Below are positions 11,629 to 24,978 of a DNA stretch of 64,000 nucleotides, one piece after another. Below the pieces are notes generated by a model that was given only the letters and a program-made list of their open reading frames with translations, made no database searches and had not been told where the DNA came from. The position numbers were made by a program, and so were the translations under genes. How positions within the stretch are numbered: the stretch's first letter is position 1; every line of letters starts with the position of its first letter. This DNA is from Octopus sinensis (Eukaryota). Location of the stretch: assembly GCF_006345805.1 (NCBI RefSeq), contig NC_043024.1:5208001-5272000 (forward strand), written 5' to 3'.

Positions 11629-12633
11629 TTATGGCTTCTCTACTGTATCTGTATGTGTGTGTCTATTCAACTGATGCCTTTGAGAAAATGACTCACCACA
11701 AATATCACAATGATAAGGTTTCTCACCAGTATGAAGGCGATTGTGAGTAACCAATTGACTATTTCGAGAAAATGATTTACCACAGATCTCACAATGATAA
11801 GGTTTTTCTCCTGTATGTGTAGCCTTGTGATTAGTGAAGTGAGTGCTTTGAGAGAATGATTTACCACAGATATCACAGTGATATGGTTTCTCTCCTGTAT
11901 GAGTGCGATTGTGAGTAACCAAATGACTATTACGAGAGAATGATTTACCACAGATCTCACAATGATAAGGTTTCTCACCAGTATGAATGCTATTGTGAGT
12001 AACCAAATGACTATTACGAGAGAATGATTTACCACAGATATCACACTGATATGGTTTTTCACCAGTATGAATCTTCTTATGGTTAGTTAAAACTTTACGT
12101 TCACAGAATGATTTACCACAGATATCACAATGATAAGGTTTCTCACCAGTATGAATGCGATTGTGAGTAACCAAATAACTATTACGAGAGAATGATTTAC
12201 CACAGATAATACAATGATATGGTTTCTCACCAATATGAATGCGATTGTGAGTAACCAAATGACTATTACAAGAGAATGAATTACCACAGATATCACACTG
12301 ATATGGTCTCTCTCCTGTATGTGTACGTATGTGATCAGTTAAGTGAGTGCTTTGAGAGAATGATTTACCACAGATCTCACAATGATATGGTTTCTCTCCC
12401 GTATGTGTAAGTTTGTGCCTAGCCAATTGGTAACTTTGAGAGAATGATTTACCACAGATATGACAATGATATGGCCTCTCTCCTGTATGTGTACGTTTGT
12501 GTCTAACAATGTGACTATTGTAAGAAAATGATTTTCCACAGATCTCACAGTGATATGGCTTTTCCTCTTTATCAAAGTTTTCTGATTCAGTTAAATTATT
12601 CATTTTGAGAGAATTACTTATCATACACTTCAC
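11629..12633 (-). CDS. ZNF-A: tandem C2H2 zinc-finger protein (10 intact + 1 degenerate finger)
   Basis: 334-aa ORF of CxxC-x12-HxxxH repeats with TGEKPY linkers; putative acceptor TTTTCCTATTTCAG at 12901. Start codon is uncertain (MKC or MNN). Confidence 0.9.
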   Translation of the reverse strand: MKCMISNSLKMNNLTESENFDKEEKPYHCEICGKSFSYNSHIVRHKRTHTGERPYHCHICGKSFSQSYQLARHKLTHTGEKPYHCEICGKSFSQSTHLTDHIRTHTGERPYQCDICGNSFSCNSHLVTHNRIHIGEKPYHCIICGKSFSRNSYLVTHNRIHTGEKPYHCDICGKSFCERKVLTNHKKIHTGEKPYQCDICGKSFSRNSHLVTHNSIHTGEKPYHCEICGKSFSRNSHLVTHNRTHTGEKPYHCDICGKSFSQSTHFTNHKATHTGEKPYHCEICGKSFSRNSQLVTHNRLHTGEKPYHCDICGESFSQRHQLNRHTHTDTVEKP

Positions 12634-12699
12634 AATGATAAAGTGTTTTTCATTTCCATGAATACATTTCTGTTCACTTTTGTCACTTCATTCAGATAA

Positions 12700-14615
12700 C
12701 AATTTTACGCAATGTTTCTTCCATACATCCCACAGAAAGAAAAATATTCCGCTGTTCCTTGTTATAGACTGTATTTATATACAGAGGTAGACTTATTCAT
12801 GAATGCTCCTTATAAATATACTGTCTTCCTTTAGGTGATGATACTATCAAAGACAATTCTGAATGGAGAGATTTCCTTCACGTCAACATGTTGTGATATT
12901 CTGAAATAGGAAAAGAAGCAGTAAGATAAAACTGAATAGTTCACCAACATAAGTAATTAAACATTGCAGACTTTATATCACTACCATTGTCATGCATTTA
13001 CTGTCCATGCTTGCATAAGTAGATTGAGTTGGAAGGTGTTAGAAGCTAATGGGAATGGAGCTAGCCAAAACGAAAATATAGTGGGCATAACATGACCAGA
13101 GTAGTGAGTTGATGCCATCCAGAATTTCGCAGAGCAAAGTTGCCACAAGTGAAATGGGCTGTTTATGAAGTGATCAGAGTTAATGATAAAGAAGCATTGT
13201 TACTCGTCTGCCGCCTTTCCGCTAACTAATTAAAACTCCCACTTCTCTTCATGGGCACTGAATTGCCTTCTAGGATCCATACGTGCCCACCCTGATGGGC
13301 TGAAGAATGACATAGCAGAACAGTGCTATGGTGTCCCAACTAAAATAGCTTTCCTGACTTGCTACAATATCAAATACTGGCAGAATCACTAAGATGCCGG
13401 ATTAATTGCTTAACAGCATTTCGTTTGTAAATAGCTTTGTCTAACTAGAGATAAAAGCAATCAGGAATGGGAGTGTGTCTGTGCATTGTTTATTTCTCTT
13501 CAATCAGGTCCACACTGTGAGGGCGAGTACGATCGATCATTCGAGCGTCCAGATGCATCTCCCACTCAACCAGGAGTCCCTTCTCTGAAAACCAGCTTGC
13601 TAGCTAACCCACAGTGAAAGTCCCTCTTTATATTTCGTCTGTCATGAGTTGGTGCCCCAAACGTCTTTCCTTTCAAAGCATGACTTCTACTGAGGTCGAC
13701 TTTCATCCTTTCGAGGTAAATAAAATAAGCTGTAGAGCACTCGAGTCCCTGAATTTAACTCGTCCCCTTCCTATAAATTTCAGACTTTGTACTTAAAAAT
13801 ACAAAAAGAATTATTATTATTATTATCATCAACATTAATATTTTACAAACCCCAAAGAGTAGAGTCGGCTCATGGAGCAAAATCCTGACTCCAAATACAT
13901 CTTACAATTTCATGAGTCCTTTATTAAAAAAAGGGACAATGGTAATTATTCTCCTTCCTCTCGCAGGTGTTACGACCACTCACGGAAACGGAGACACACG
14001 TCTTTGTGAGCAGGAAGGATCTCCTCAGAAAAATCAATAGCTGCAAACCCTCTGAACACCTCACAGGTTGTGTCCGGGTAGAATGGATATAATTCGCCTC
14101 TACCCATCTATAGACAAAGATTGTCTTGTGGGGTGCTTGTAAAGACAAGAGCATTACATACGTTGGTGAGACATCTAGAAGCATTGCAGGGGGATGAAAT
14201 AAAAATTAGAGGCAGCATGACCACATAACCAGTCCTCCATACTCTACCAAAGGTACTACTCAAAGACTGGTCCCGGTGCGCGTACTCGTGACTGGTCGAT
14301 CCTTCAACGACTACCTAGCGTGAGTACGGAAATTAACAGATGCGCGCATAATAATATATGTATATAATGGCTGAATATATATAAAATAAAATGGGTTTTG
14401 TCTTAAACAAAGTAAATAAAAGACTCAACAAAAGAAATGACTTACTTTGTGTTTTATTTTCTTTGTTTAAAAAAAATTATTTGTTAAAAAACCTCATACA
14501 TGTCTAGCCCATGCGAGTGTGATTTTTAGTCGCGCACTCGAGTTATGTATTCTTTGTAAGATCGACTAGTCACGACTAGCTAGCACCGGGACCACGCTTG
14601 TAGAAAAGTGCCTAT
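12700..14615. repeat. Segmental duplication source (ZNF-A upstream region); direct copy at about 35690-37210
   Basis: Long high-identity match; this copy has about 370 extra bp at about 13610-13990. Confidence 0.92.
14268..14594. repeat. 327-bp element with 12-bp terminal inverted repeat TGGTCCCGGTGC (MITE-like or promoter module)
   Basis: TIRs 14268-14279 and 14583-14594. Copies at 36856-37197 and 40654-40991 share the same flanks, so they are duplicates rather than independent insertions; no TSD seen. Confidence 0.65.
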
Positions 14616-14618
14616 ATA

Positions 14619-14673
<55 letters not shown>

Positions 14674-15073
14674 CATATATATACATATATATACATATAT
14701 ATATATATACATATTATATATATACATATATATATATACATTTATAATTAATACATATATATAATACATATTATACATATATATTATATACATATAATAC
14801 ATATATAATACCAGCATATTACCTAATATATATATACATATATATACATATTATATTATATAATATATATACATATATATATATACATATATATATATAC
14901 ATATATATATATACATATAATATATATACATATATACATATATATATATAATATATATATATATACATATATATATATAATATATATATATATACATATA
15001 TATATATACATATATATATATATACATATATATATATACATATATATATATATACATATATATAATATAATAT

Positions 15074-15144
<71 letters not shown>

Positions 15145-15185
15145 TATGTATGTATAAGCATAAATACATATATATATATACATAC
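14612..15185. repeat. (TA)n-rich microsatellite
   Basis: Direct reading. Confidence 0.97.
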
Positions 15186-16089
15186 GCGTATATTCATGCA
15201 AGCTGCCGCATACAGACACATTCACAGCAACAAACAAAAAGAAACAGCTCCAATAATGGACATGGTCATGAACCAGTGAAGAGGTTGCAAGAATTAAGGA
15301 ATATTTTAGAAAATAAATAAATGAACAGTCCTCAAAAGTAAACCCCCGAATTGTTTTCCCACAAAATTCCTACCTTCTCGGAATCTATATCGTCCGAGGT
15401 ATATTTGTAGAAAATTTCATTTAAAAATATGACATCTATTTTCTTGAAAGTTAAGAAGAATTGAAGTTGACGCCACTGAATTTTCCGAAACTCCTCACAC
15501 CAAAAGCACTTTCCTACAAAAGTTTTGTATATTCTGAATGTACATACTATAACAAATATACATAGAATATTTAATTGAAGTTACGATCATCCAAAGTGGT
15601 GGGGCATGAATCTGTAGTTATGCCGCTTCTCCGTTCGTTTTTACTCGTTAATCATGTTTTCTTCTCATTTTACAAATAAATTTCCTCTATATCACATCTA
15701 ACAGTCGATAATAGGTTTTCAGAAACAACAAACCAACATTTCAGTTGGGAAGTTATTATTTAAGACGAGGGAATATATTTTCCTAAAGTTTTTATGTTTT
15801 CGCTTCGAAATAATTACTGTGACACCGAGAAGTTTACAGAATTCTATTAATTACATTGTTATTAGTAGTATTATTATCATCATTGTCAACTTACCGTATT
15901 CAGACAAAAACTGCAAATCACAGACCGATAATTAATTAGTCTAATTAATAATAATGATGTTAATTTCAAAGCAACTTGCACACACAGGAAGCCAGTAAGT
16001 GTATGACGTCATCAAGAGTGAAAGCGCGCCTTTTCGAGGCCCCCCCCCCCCCACCATCGACGGCTGGATTTATTTCCCTTCATTTCATA

Positions 16090-16220
16090 GTATTTCTTCC
16101 TTCATCTCTGGCCCCGATTTGCTGTCTTACTTCAGATATCTTCTAAAGAGCAAGATGGGGTCGGAGAGAAAGACCCCTGTCACCGAATGAATACGAAAAA
16201 CGATGGAAGGATGTGATGAG
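16090..16220 (+). mobile_element. 3' fragment of a Tx1-like LINE ORF2
   Basis: ISGPDLLSYFRYLLKSKMGSE resembles VSGPGLLTYFRYHLKSKMGLE at 56520-56590; scrambled 3'UTR-like pieces at about 16440-16720. Confidence 0.7.
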
Positions 16221-16883
16221 AAAGGTGGGAACCCAGCTTATCATTGATAAAATCTTTATTATAATCATACGATTGTACATAGATTTGGACATAACAAGAC
16301 AAACAATTACAAAGATGTTATGAGAGTTCGAATGAAACTTAAAAATTTAGTTATAATATGACATAAACGAAAACTTGGCTTACTTTTGCCTTCATAACGA
16401 GAACTTTAGTGCGTTTCTTTTTTAAATAACATTAGAAAACATAACATATGTTAAAATGAAAAGCGGGGAGAAGTGCAGGCTCCGAATTTTGAACCCGGCA
16501 GCCTATAAGGCCCAGCAACTGATTTTTCCTTTCTTTAATGATTACTGAAAAGTCGCCCTCGGCGGAATTTGAACTCAGAACGTCGCAGCAGACGAAATAT
16601 CGCCAAGCATTTCGCCCGACGTGCTAACGTTTCTGCCAGCTTGCCACCGTCCCAGCTTAATCGTTGATGAAAGGAAAAGATCGTTGCTGGGCTTTAGAGG
16701 GTGCCGGGTTCGAGCTTTTAATCTTTTTGTTTGTTTTCGTTTTATTTTTTAAAAAGTTCTAGTGAAAGGAAAGTTTAATTGTTATATAAAATATTTTTAA
16801 AGTAAATTTTTAACACGTAACTCATTCGAACTCATATAACATTTTTGTCTTTTGTTTGACCTGTATTGTCCCATTCTATATAT

Positions 16884-17110
16884 ATTTCTTTACTACCCAC
16901 AAGGGGCTAAACACAGAGGGGACAAACAAGGACAGACAAAGGGATTAAGTCTATTATATCGACACCAGTGTTTCACTGGTACTTAATTTATCGACCCCAA
17001 AAGGATGAAAGGCAAAGTCGACCTCGGCGGAATTTGAACTCAGAACGTAGCGGCAGACGAAATACTGGTAAGCCTTTCGCCCGGCGTGCTAACCTTTCTG
17101 CCAGATCGCC
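16884..17110 (-). mobile_element. SINE-II, near full-length, tail type A
   Basis: Head GGCGA(T)CTGGCAGAAAGGTTAG, core TTCATCCTTTTGGGGTCGATAAATTAAGTACC, tail ...GTCCCCTCTGTGTTTAGCCCCTTGTGGGTAGTAAAGAAAT. Another partial copy at about 16550-16650. Confidence 0.9.
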
Positions 17111-18123
17111 AAGATCCTCATGATCGTAATAAAGATTCCATTTCATAGTAGTTCTCTAATTCTCTCATAGATGGCTCTACTGACTAGTGGGATTCCTTTC
17201 AGTTTCCTTCTTAGTTTCATTCTGTTAATATCTGTATTGTGTGTCAAGGCGCTCATTATTATTAATTAGACTAATTAATTATCGGTCTGTGATTTGCTGT
17301 TTTTGTCTGAATACGGTAAGTTGACAATGATGATACTAATACTACTAATAACAATGTAATTAATAGAATTCTGTAAACTTCTCGGTGTCACAGTAATTAT
17401 TTCGAAGCAAAAACATAAAAACTTTAGGAAAATATATTTCCTCGTCTTAAATAATAACTTCCCAACTGAAATGTTGGTTTGTTGTTTCTGAAAACCTATT
17501 ATCGGCTGTTCACGAACGAAATGCTGTTCAGCAAATTCTGGATGGCATCAACTCACTACTCTGGTCATGTTATGCCCACTATATTTTCGTTTATATTTTC
17601 GCTCCATTCCCATTAGCTTCTAACACCTTCCAACTCAATCTACTTATGCAAGCATGGACAGTAAATGCATGACAATGGTAGTGATATAAAATATGCAATG
17701 TTGAATTACTTATGTTGGTCAACTATCCAGTTTTATCTTACTGCTTCTTTTCCTATTTCAGAATATCACATGTTGACGTGATGGAAATCTCTCCATTCAG
17801 AAGTGTCTTTGATAGTATCATCACCTAAAGGAAACAGTATATTTAAAAGGAGCATTCATGAATAAGTCTACCTCTGTATATAAATACAGTCTATAACAAG
17901 GAACAGCGGGATATTTTTCTTTCTCTGGAATGTGGAGGAGGTGATTGCTTTCCTGGTGAATTAAAGTTGGATAAATTTACAAAGGAGTTGACAATTTGCA
18001 TCTGCTGTTTTAGATATCGAGTAAGATCGTGGATGGAAGAAAGATTGCATTAAATTTTTCTCTGCATGAAGTGACACAACGGAACATAAACATATTCATA
18101 GAAATAAAAAACACATTATCGTT

Positions 18124-18783
18124 GTGATATGTATGATAAGTAATTCTCTCATAATGAATAATTTAAGTAAACCAGAAATCCCCGACACAGAGGATAAGGT
18201 ATATAATTGTAATATCTGTGGTAAATCCTTCCTTCAGTATCGTTACTTAACTTATCACCAACGTACACATACAGGAGAGAAGCCATATCACTGTGATATC
18301 TGTGGTAAATCATTCTCTTATAATTGTCATTTGGTTACTCACAAACGCGTTCACACGGGAGAGAGACCCTATTATTGTGATATCTGTGGTAAATCATTCT
18401 GTGAACGTACAGTTTTGACGAAACATAAGAAGATTCATACTGGGGAAAAACCATATCAGTGTGATATCTGTGGTAAATCTTACTCTCGTAATAGTCAATT
18501 GGTTAGTCACAATCGCACTCATACAGGAGAGAGACCATTTAATTGTGATATCTGTGGTAATTCATTCTGTGAACGTAAAGTTTTAACTAACCATAAGAAG
18601 ATTCATACTGGTGAAAAACCATATCATTGTGATATCTGCGGTAAATCATTCTCTCAGAATGGTAGTGTAACTACACACAAACGTACACATACAGGAGAGA
18701 AACCTTATCATTGTGATATCTGTGGTAAATCATTCTCTCAAGGAAATCACTTGACTAATCACAAACTTACACATACATGGTAG
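18124..18783 (+). CDS. ZNF-C: C2H2 zinc-finger protein, 7 intact fingers, truncated by TAG
   Basis: 219-aa ORF; putative acceptor at 17760-17761; degenerate fingers continue past the stop. Confidence 0.8.
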   Translation: MICMISNSLIMNNLSKPEIPDTEDKVYNCNICGKSFLQYRYLTYHQRTHTGEKPYHCDICGKSFSYNCHLVTHKRVHTGERPYYCDICGKSFCERTVLTKHKKIHTGEKPYQCDICGKSYSRNSQLVSHNRTHTGERPFNCDICGNSFCERKVLTNHKKIHTGEKPYHCDICGKSFSQNGSVTTHKRTHTGEKPYHCDICGKSFSQGNHLTNHKLTHTW

Positions 18784-19560
18784 AGACCATATCATTGTGA
18801 TATCTGTGGTAAACCATTCTCTCAAAGTAGTGACTTGACTATCATTGGTAAATCATTCTCTCAAAAGAAACACTTGATTATGCACGAGAGAAGCCATATC
18901 TTTGTTTTATCTGGTAAATCATTCTCTCAAAGGAGTCATTTGGCTTATCACAAACTTACACATAGGCATAGGAGTGGCTGTGTGGTAAGTAGCTTGTTTA
19001 CCAACGACATGGTTCCGGGTTCAGTCCCACTGCGTGGCACCTTGAGCAAGTGTCTTCTACTAGAGCCTCGGGCCGACCAAAGCCTTGTGAGTGGATTTGG
19101 TAGACGGAAACTGAGACGCCCATCGTATATATGTATATATATGTGTGTGTATATTTTTGTGTGTCTGTGTTTGTCCCACCAACATTAATTGACAACCGAT
19201 GCTGGTGTGTTTACGTCACCGTAACTTAGTGGTTCAGCAAAAGAGACCGATAGAATCAGTACTAGGCTTACAAAGAATAAGTCCTGGTGTCGATTTGCTC
19301 GACTAAAGGCGGTGCTCCAGAATGGCCACAGTCAAATGACTCAAACAAGTAAAAGAGTATTAGGGAGAGAAACCATATCAATGTAATTACTGTGCTAAAT
19401 CATTTGCTCTTAATTGTCATTTGGTTATCACAAACGTGTTCATACAGGAGAGAAACCTTGTCACTGTTTTGTTTATGGTAAATCTTTCTCTCAAATTAAT
19501 CACTTCACTAATAAGACACATGTGGGGGAGAAGCCATAATCCTGCATTAGTTGTTGTAAT
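18784..19560 (+). pseudogene. Decayed finger tail of ZNF-C, interrupted by a SINE
   Basis: [14 protein letters not shown] in frame after the TAG, then deletions; GEKPYQC-like units resume at 19361. Confidence 0.75.
18963..19357 (+). mobile_element. Full-length SINE-I
   Basis: Head to AAAAGAG tail; inserted in the finger array. Confidence 0.9.
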
Positions 19561-19968
19561 TCATTTTTTGCAAATGGTGTTGTAACTACACATGAAAATC
19601 TTCATACCAGATACAACCTATGTAATGGTCGTGTCTGTGTTAAAGCATTCTCTCATAGACCCTAACTTATCTGTCCATGAACGAATCCCTACATGAGAGT
19701 AGCCATGTCAGTGTGACATGTGTGGCACATGATTCTCTCGAAAAAGCCACATGCATAAACATGTGGGTATTCACAGAGACGTGTTACTGTCTCAATGTCA
19801 AAATTTATTAAGTCATAACAATAATTAACACTATTTGCTCTGCTAAAACACAGGCTTTTTCCTTTCATCAGTTATAGGAATTTCTTAATAAAGAATAATG
19901 AATAAAATATTTATTTTGTGCTTGTTTTTTTTGCACTATATCTGGACCCTGTTCCCTTTCTACCTTAA

Positions 19969-21032
19969 CCCTTTCGTTACCAAGCCGCCCGAAAAATATT
20001 TTGGTTAATGAGACCAAACCGCCCAAAGCCGCCCGAATTTACCTATTCATATTTAAATGCGAATATCAGAGCAAATCTCTTTAGTACATTCGTGAAAACA
20101 CGTATTATATTTCGTAAACAGTTCAACTACAGTTTTGTACAAAAATCGAAGTGTAATTTTAATTCCGTGAATTTTGGGAGATTTTTTTCCGAAATTTGTT
20201 CCTATTGTGTTTTCAAAATTTGTAATTCTGACAAAAAATGGATACGAATTTCATTATATCAAGCAGCGAGTCAGAATTCGAAGGATTTTTTACTGAAGAC
20301 CTTCATAAATCTAACTCTATGACTGAAAAAAAAAAGCACGTGGTATCTGATGTTTCATTTTCCGAAAGTGAAAACTGTGAATCCGAGATCTCCGACTGCG
20401 ATAAAGAAAATGAATTGGCACCTGAATGGAGTGAAAATTTAAAAACTGTTTCTTTCGGTGATTTTTCTGAAGAAACTGGACCAAGCCACAGACTTTCCCT
20501 GAAGACTAAAGCCATAGACTATTTCTATTTACTTTTTCGAATGAGCCTATTTGAAATCATTACGGCGGAAACGAACCATTACGCTAAACGTAAACAAAGC
20601 GAAAGAAAGGATAGTTTGTGGTTTCCCACAACCTTAAATGAAATTAAGACTATTTTGCCATAGATATTATTATGGGTATCAGAAAGTTACCCAGAATAAC
20701 AAATTCTTTCGTAAAATTTTGTTGTATACCCAATTGAATATTAGCTAATAACCCATTTTCTATAGCGATGTTTGAACAAAATTTTAATAGTTTTATATTT
20801 TGTTGAATTTACCTGTATCTACCTGCAATTAGAGTCACTTTGTGACAAAAATTATAGTATAGAATTGGTTGAGAATATTTCATTAAATTATCTTCCAAAA
20901 ATCAGATTAATATATTGATAAATAAAAAAGTTATAGTTGTTTAATGAAACCAGACTAAATTTATGATTACGTTAGAAATTAATTGAAACAGATAAGGGGT
21001 GTAATTTGGTCAGAAATATAGTAACGAAAGGG
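19969..21032 (+). mobile_element. Internally deleted piggyBac DNA transposon
   Basis: TTAA TSDs (19965-19968, 21033-21036); TIR CCCTTTCGTTAC / GTAACGAAAGGG; ORF 20238-20663 has piggyBac N-terminal features (acidic tract, DYFYLLF...ETNHYA...WFPTT..EIK); empty site at 9364-9367 in the mirror arm. Confidence 0.92.
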
Positions 21033-21204
21033 TTAAACCTGTCAACTGGCACAAAGTGACGTTCCTTCAATACTACCTTCCTCCCTGCCAGTTTTGAACT
21101 ATTTTGTCTTATAGGGTCCTTGGGGACCATGTCGGGTTTGTTGTCACATAGAATTCACTGGTGAGGGTGCCAGGAAAAGGGCAATTGTGCTGATGCTGGA
21201 CGCA

Positions 21205-21875
21205 TATCACAAGCACTGGGCAAATGTCTTCTACTATAGCCTCAGGTCGACCAAAGCCTTGTGAGTGGATTTGGTAGACGGAAATATATGTATATACATA
21301 TATATATATGTATCATTTACTTGTTTCAGTCATTTGACTGTGGCCATGCTGGAGCACCGCCTTTAAACGAGCAACTCAACCCCGGGACTTATTCTTTTGT
21401 AAACCCAGTACTTAATCTATCGGTCTCTTTTGCCGAACTGCTAAGTTACGGGGACATAAACACACCAGCATCGGTTGTCAAGCAATGCTAGGGAGACAAA
21501 CACAGACACACATGCATATACATATGTACGACGGGCTTCTTTCAGTTTCCGTCTACCAAATCCACTCACAAGGCTTTGGTTGGCCCGAGGCTATAGAAGA
21601 AGACACTTGTCCAAGGTGCCATGCAGTGAGACTGAACTTGAAACCATGTGGTTCGTAAACAAGCTACTTACCACACAGCCACGTCTTTGTCCCCCCAAAA
21701 ATGCTTGACAACTGATGCTGGTGTGCTGACGTCCCTGTATCTTAGCGGTTCGGCAAAAGAGACTGATAGAATAAGTACTAGGCTTACAAAGAATAAGTCC
21801 CGGGGTCGATTTGCTCGACTAAAGGCAGTCCTCCAGCATGGCCACAGTCACATGACTGAAACAAGTAAAAGAGTA
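21205..21875. mobile_element. Cluster of SINE-I fragments in both orientations
   Basis: + fragment about 21205-21290, - copy about 21305-21680, + tail about 21700-21875. Confidence 0.85.
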
Positions 21876-22122
21876 TGTCTTACAGTGACGACATTGAAGT
21901 TGACGATGATGAAATAGATTTAGGAAATAACATTCTACAGTGAAGATAATGAAATTGAGGCCGGCAGTGGGCAATTTGAGACGAAATTCTCTATAAATTA
22001 CACCAATAACCAATTGCATGGTTCCTGTATCAGGGGACCAGTATTTTGTAACAGAATATATGAGTAAACTTTCTTAAAATGACCAGGTGAAAATAAAAAA
22101 AAAAACAGAATTGAAAGTGAAA

Positions 22123-22488
22123 TCTCTATGTGTATAAAGCTGAAGTTGTCTGTGTATGGCAGGTTTGGTAGCCTTCAACTAACACTATCTCCTCTGAGAC
22201 CCTGCGACGCAAGTTGACCGAAATTGAGAGTATGATAGAAGAAGGCTTGATCTTCATTCCGTAGAAGAAAAAATTCAAATCGGACCATGTTAAAACCAAA
22301 AATTATTTACATCAAAAAGGTGCTTTTATCCTATTTTTGACTGCTGTGTCATTTTTCGGTTTATTTCAACCAGAAAAATATTCACTTTAAGAGAATAACA
22401 AGCTACATAATGCAAAATTTTTACTTTTCAAAAATTCCAATTCTAAAGGGTCGAAAAGAACCCGAGCAACGCCGGGTTACACTGCTGG
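22123..22488 (+). mobile_element. Non-autonomous Helitron-like element
   Basis: A|TC 5' end; 3' GC-rich CCCGAGCAACGCCGGG followed by CTGG|T; no TSD. Confidence 0.65.
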
Positions 22489-22489
22489 T

Positions 22490-23438
22490 AGTTAACATAA
22501 GGGAACAGACAAAAATGCTGGAACGAATCCAACCAGTCAGTAGAAACATCTATTGGAAAATTCAAGAAATACAATCATATAAAGGGAAATAACTTCTACA
22601 CTACATCAACCAAGCTCCAATTATTAATTAAGGTGCTTAATTAGCGATCGCTGACTCGCAGTTTGTATCTGACACAGGTAAGTTGACAAAGATTTACTTT
22701 AAGGCTTTAATGATGATATAATACTAATAATAATATTGTAAATCATAGAATTCTGTGAATCTTTCGATGTTACAGTAATTATTTCGAAGCGAAAACATAA
22801 AAATATAAGGAAAATATATTAATTCGTCTTAAATAATATTTTCTTCTTTAGATACAAGATCTGAAATTTGAGGGAGGTCAATAGTCGATTACATCGGCTT
22901 CAATATTTAACTGGTACTTAATTTATCGACCCAGAAGGAATAGAAGGTTACTGTCAGCCTCGACGGAATTTGAACTCAGAACGTACCTCGTCTTAATTAA
23001 TAACTTCCAAACTGAAATGTTGATTTATTGTTTCTGAAAACCTATGATCGGATGTTACGTGTGATATAGAGAAAATTTATTTTTAAAATGAGGGTAAAAT
23101 CCTATGGTATAAGCCATAAGCCACCCATAATAAAAAGGAATACGGGTGGGGTAGTAGTCGCGTAGACTAGACCGCGCAGACACGCATGCTAGTCGTAGGT
23201 AGTCGATCCTACTGCGACTTGCGGATGCAAAACATTTTTTTTTCAAAGTAGACCACTACAGGCGACAATTCACTTGTGTTTACTTTGAATAGCTACGGCA
23301 AACTTCGTTAACCATTCAGCTATGCTCGTTCGCTTTCAACTGGAATTTAACCCCTGACCAACCCTAAATTATTAGACATTTTGGTCGTGGCCATCCCGCT
23401 TTGTTGTAAATCCAATACTGCATTGTTCAGTTTGACTT
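22490..23438. repeat. Right outer arm of large inverted duplication
   Basis: Reverse complement of 5705-6655 with few mismatches. Confidence 0.92.
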
Positions 23439-23866
23439 TACATATATTTGATTTATATATATATATATATATGTGTGTGTGTCTCACTTCCATAACATTC
23501 ATGTATGTGTGTGTGTGTGTGTATGTACAGGAATGTTAAGGATGTGGACACTAACCAACCTGTTTTATGAACCCCTTATTAATATCACAACATCATAATT
23601 CTTCTTTACTAGTTTTGATCTGCTAATTATATGTTCACTCTTGTTCTGCTCCCCTAAAATTTTCTATAGTGAGAGATAAATATAGATTAGGCTGAAATAA
23701 TCTGTTTAAGACCTCTTAATAGATTTATCATGTCCCTAACAAATATCCATAGCAAGTTATAGAGGGACCGTACAGAAGGTTGACTTCACTAGCAAACATC
23801 AAATGTACATGATCAGGTTGATCAAGTACCTAGTAGAAGACAGCAATCACACACACACACACATAT

Positions 23867-23931
<65 letters not shown>

Positions 23932-24364
23932 ATCCAAACAAAAAAACACAACACGAGGACGTGGAACAAATATAGTATTATTGGATGCAGAGATAAAACC
24001 ACTATTAGGCAAATCAAACAGTGAAAAACATAAACCAATACATAGAAATAAAATTAATTAATATAATATATAAAATGTAAAATTCAAAAGTTTCATGTAC
24101 ATTTTCAATTTCTTTTTTTACTTCCACAAAGGATTCAGTGAAACTGGATATTAGGAATCATAAGAAAATGACACCATTGCTGGAATCCGTCTCCAGGGCC
24201 CACCTTGGAATAATCCATAAACTTATTATACATGAATGCCGATGACAATGATGGCAATAATTGTTTGCACCTCTCCATAATAAAGAAAGAGATGTTCCAT
24301 TCTGAGGTGAAAACCATTCCCATTTTAGATGAGGTAAGTTTATAAAATTGTTTGTGAATATGTG

Positions 24365-24505
24365 TTGGCATTAGGAAGGGCATGCAACCGTAGAAACTAT
24401 GCCAAAACTGGCAATTGGTGCCTGAGCAGCTCTGCAGCTGCCCAGCTTCTGCCAAACTATCCAACCCATGCCAGCATAGAAAACGAATTAAAAATGATGA
24501 TGAGG
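24365..24505 (+). mobile_element. RTE-type LINE/SINE 3' tail, degenerate
   Basis: GGCATTAGGAAGGGCATGCAACCGTAGAAAC...CCAACCCATGCCAGCAT...(GAT)n end; family assignment from recall. Confidence 0.5.
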
Positions 24506-24859
24506 AGGATGTGTGTGAGTGAGAGAAAGAGAGAGAAATAGAGAAACAAGCAGACATTGTTTGCTATTTTCTTTCACTCCCATCCACTTCTCTTCCTTTA
24601 GTATTAAATAATCCAGTTTCTCCTGATAGCACTAGTTGTATTATGTAACTAACAATATTCCATCTTCTTTCACCTTCAAAAGCATGGCCACTCCACTGTA
24701 AAGAAGGTAACCCATCTTAAATATGTGTCATGTAAACACTGCCATCACTGTATGAAGGAGAGGTGACCAACGACAGAGATAAGTCTTTAAATTTAAGAAA
24801 GAGAAATTCACAAACTGTTTTAAATATCGAATTTCAAGTTAAACGAGTTGAACTGTGTT

Positions 24860-24978
24860 AATTGCTCTCTGAACTTTGCCCTGCTTAATCTTATTCTAGC
24901 AGCTATGCTCTTGGCGCATCCACCTCCACTACTGACTTGATTACCTAGATAACAGTAACTATCAACTACTTCTAGGTG
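24860..24978 (-). mobile_element. RTE-clade LINE ORF fragment
   Basis: LEVVDSYCYLGNQVSSGGGCAKSIAARIR resembles the RTE post-RT F.YLG motif. Confidence 0.7.

Larger units (their letters stand above)
15700..17510. repeat. About 258-bp inverted repeat (arms 15700-15957 and 17253-17510)
   Basis: Near-identical reverse complements; homologous to about 6060-6520 minus the SINE insertion. Confidence 0.9.

Noticed and set aside
11667-12575. Alternative-frame and antisense ORFs over ZNF and LINE coding regions (also 59617-60615, 29028-31248, 52116-56543)
   Set aside because: Shadows of repetitive or GC-richer coding sequence; no independent domain signal.
18963-19040. tRNA genes at SINE heads (also 34147, 51204, 48306)
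   Set aside because: A/B-box-like motifs are present but there is no full cloverleaf, and they continue into SINE bodies.
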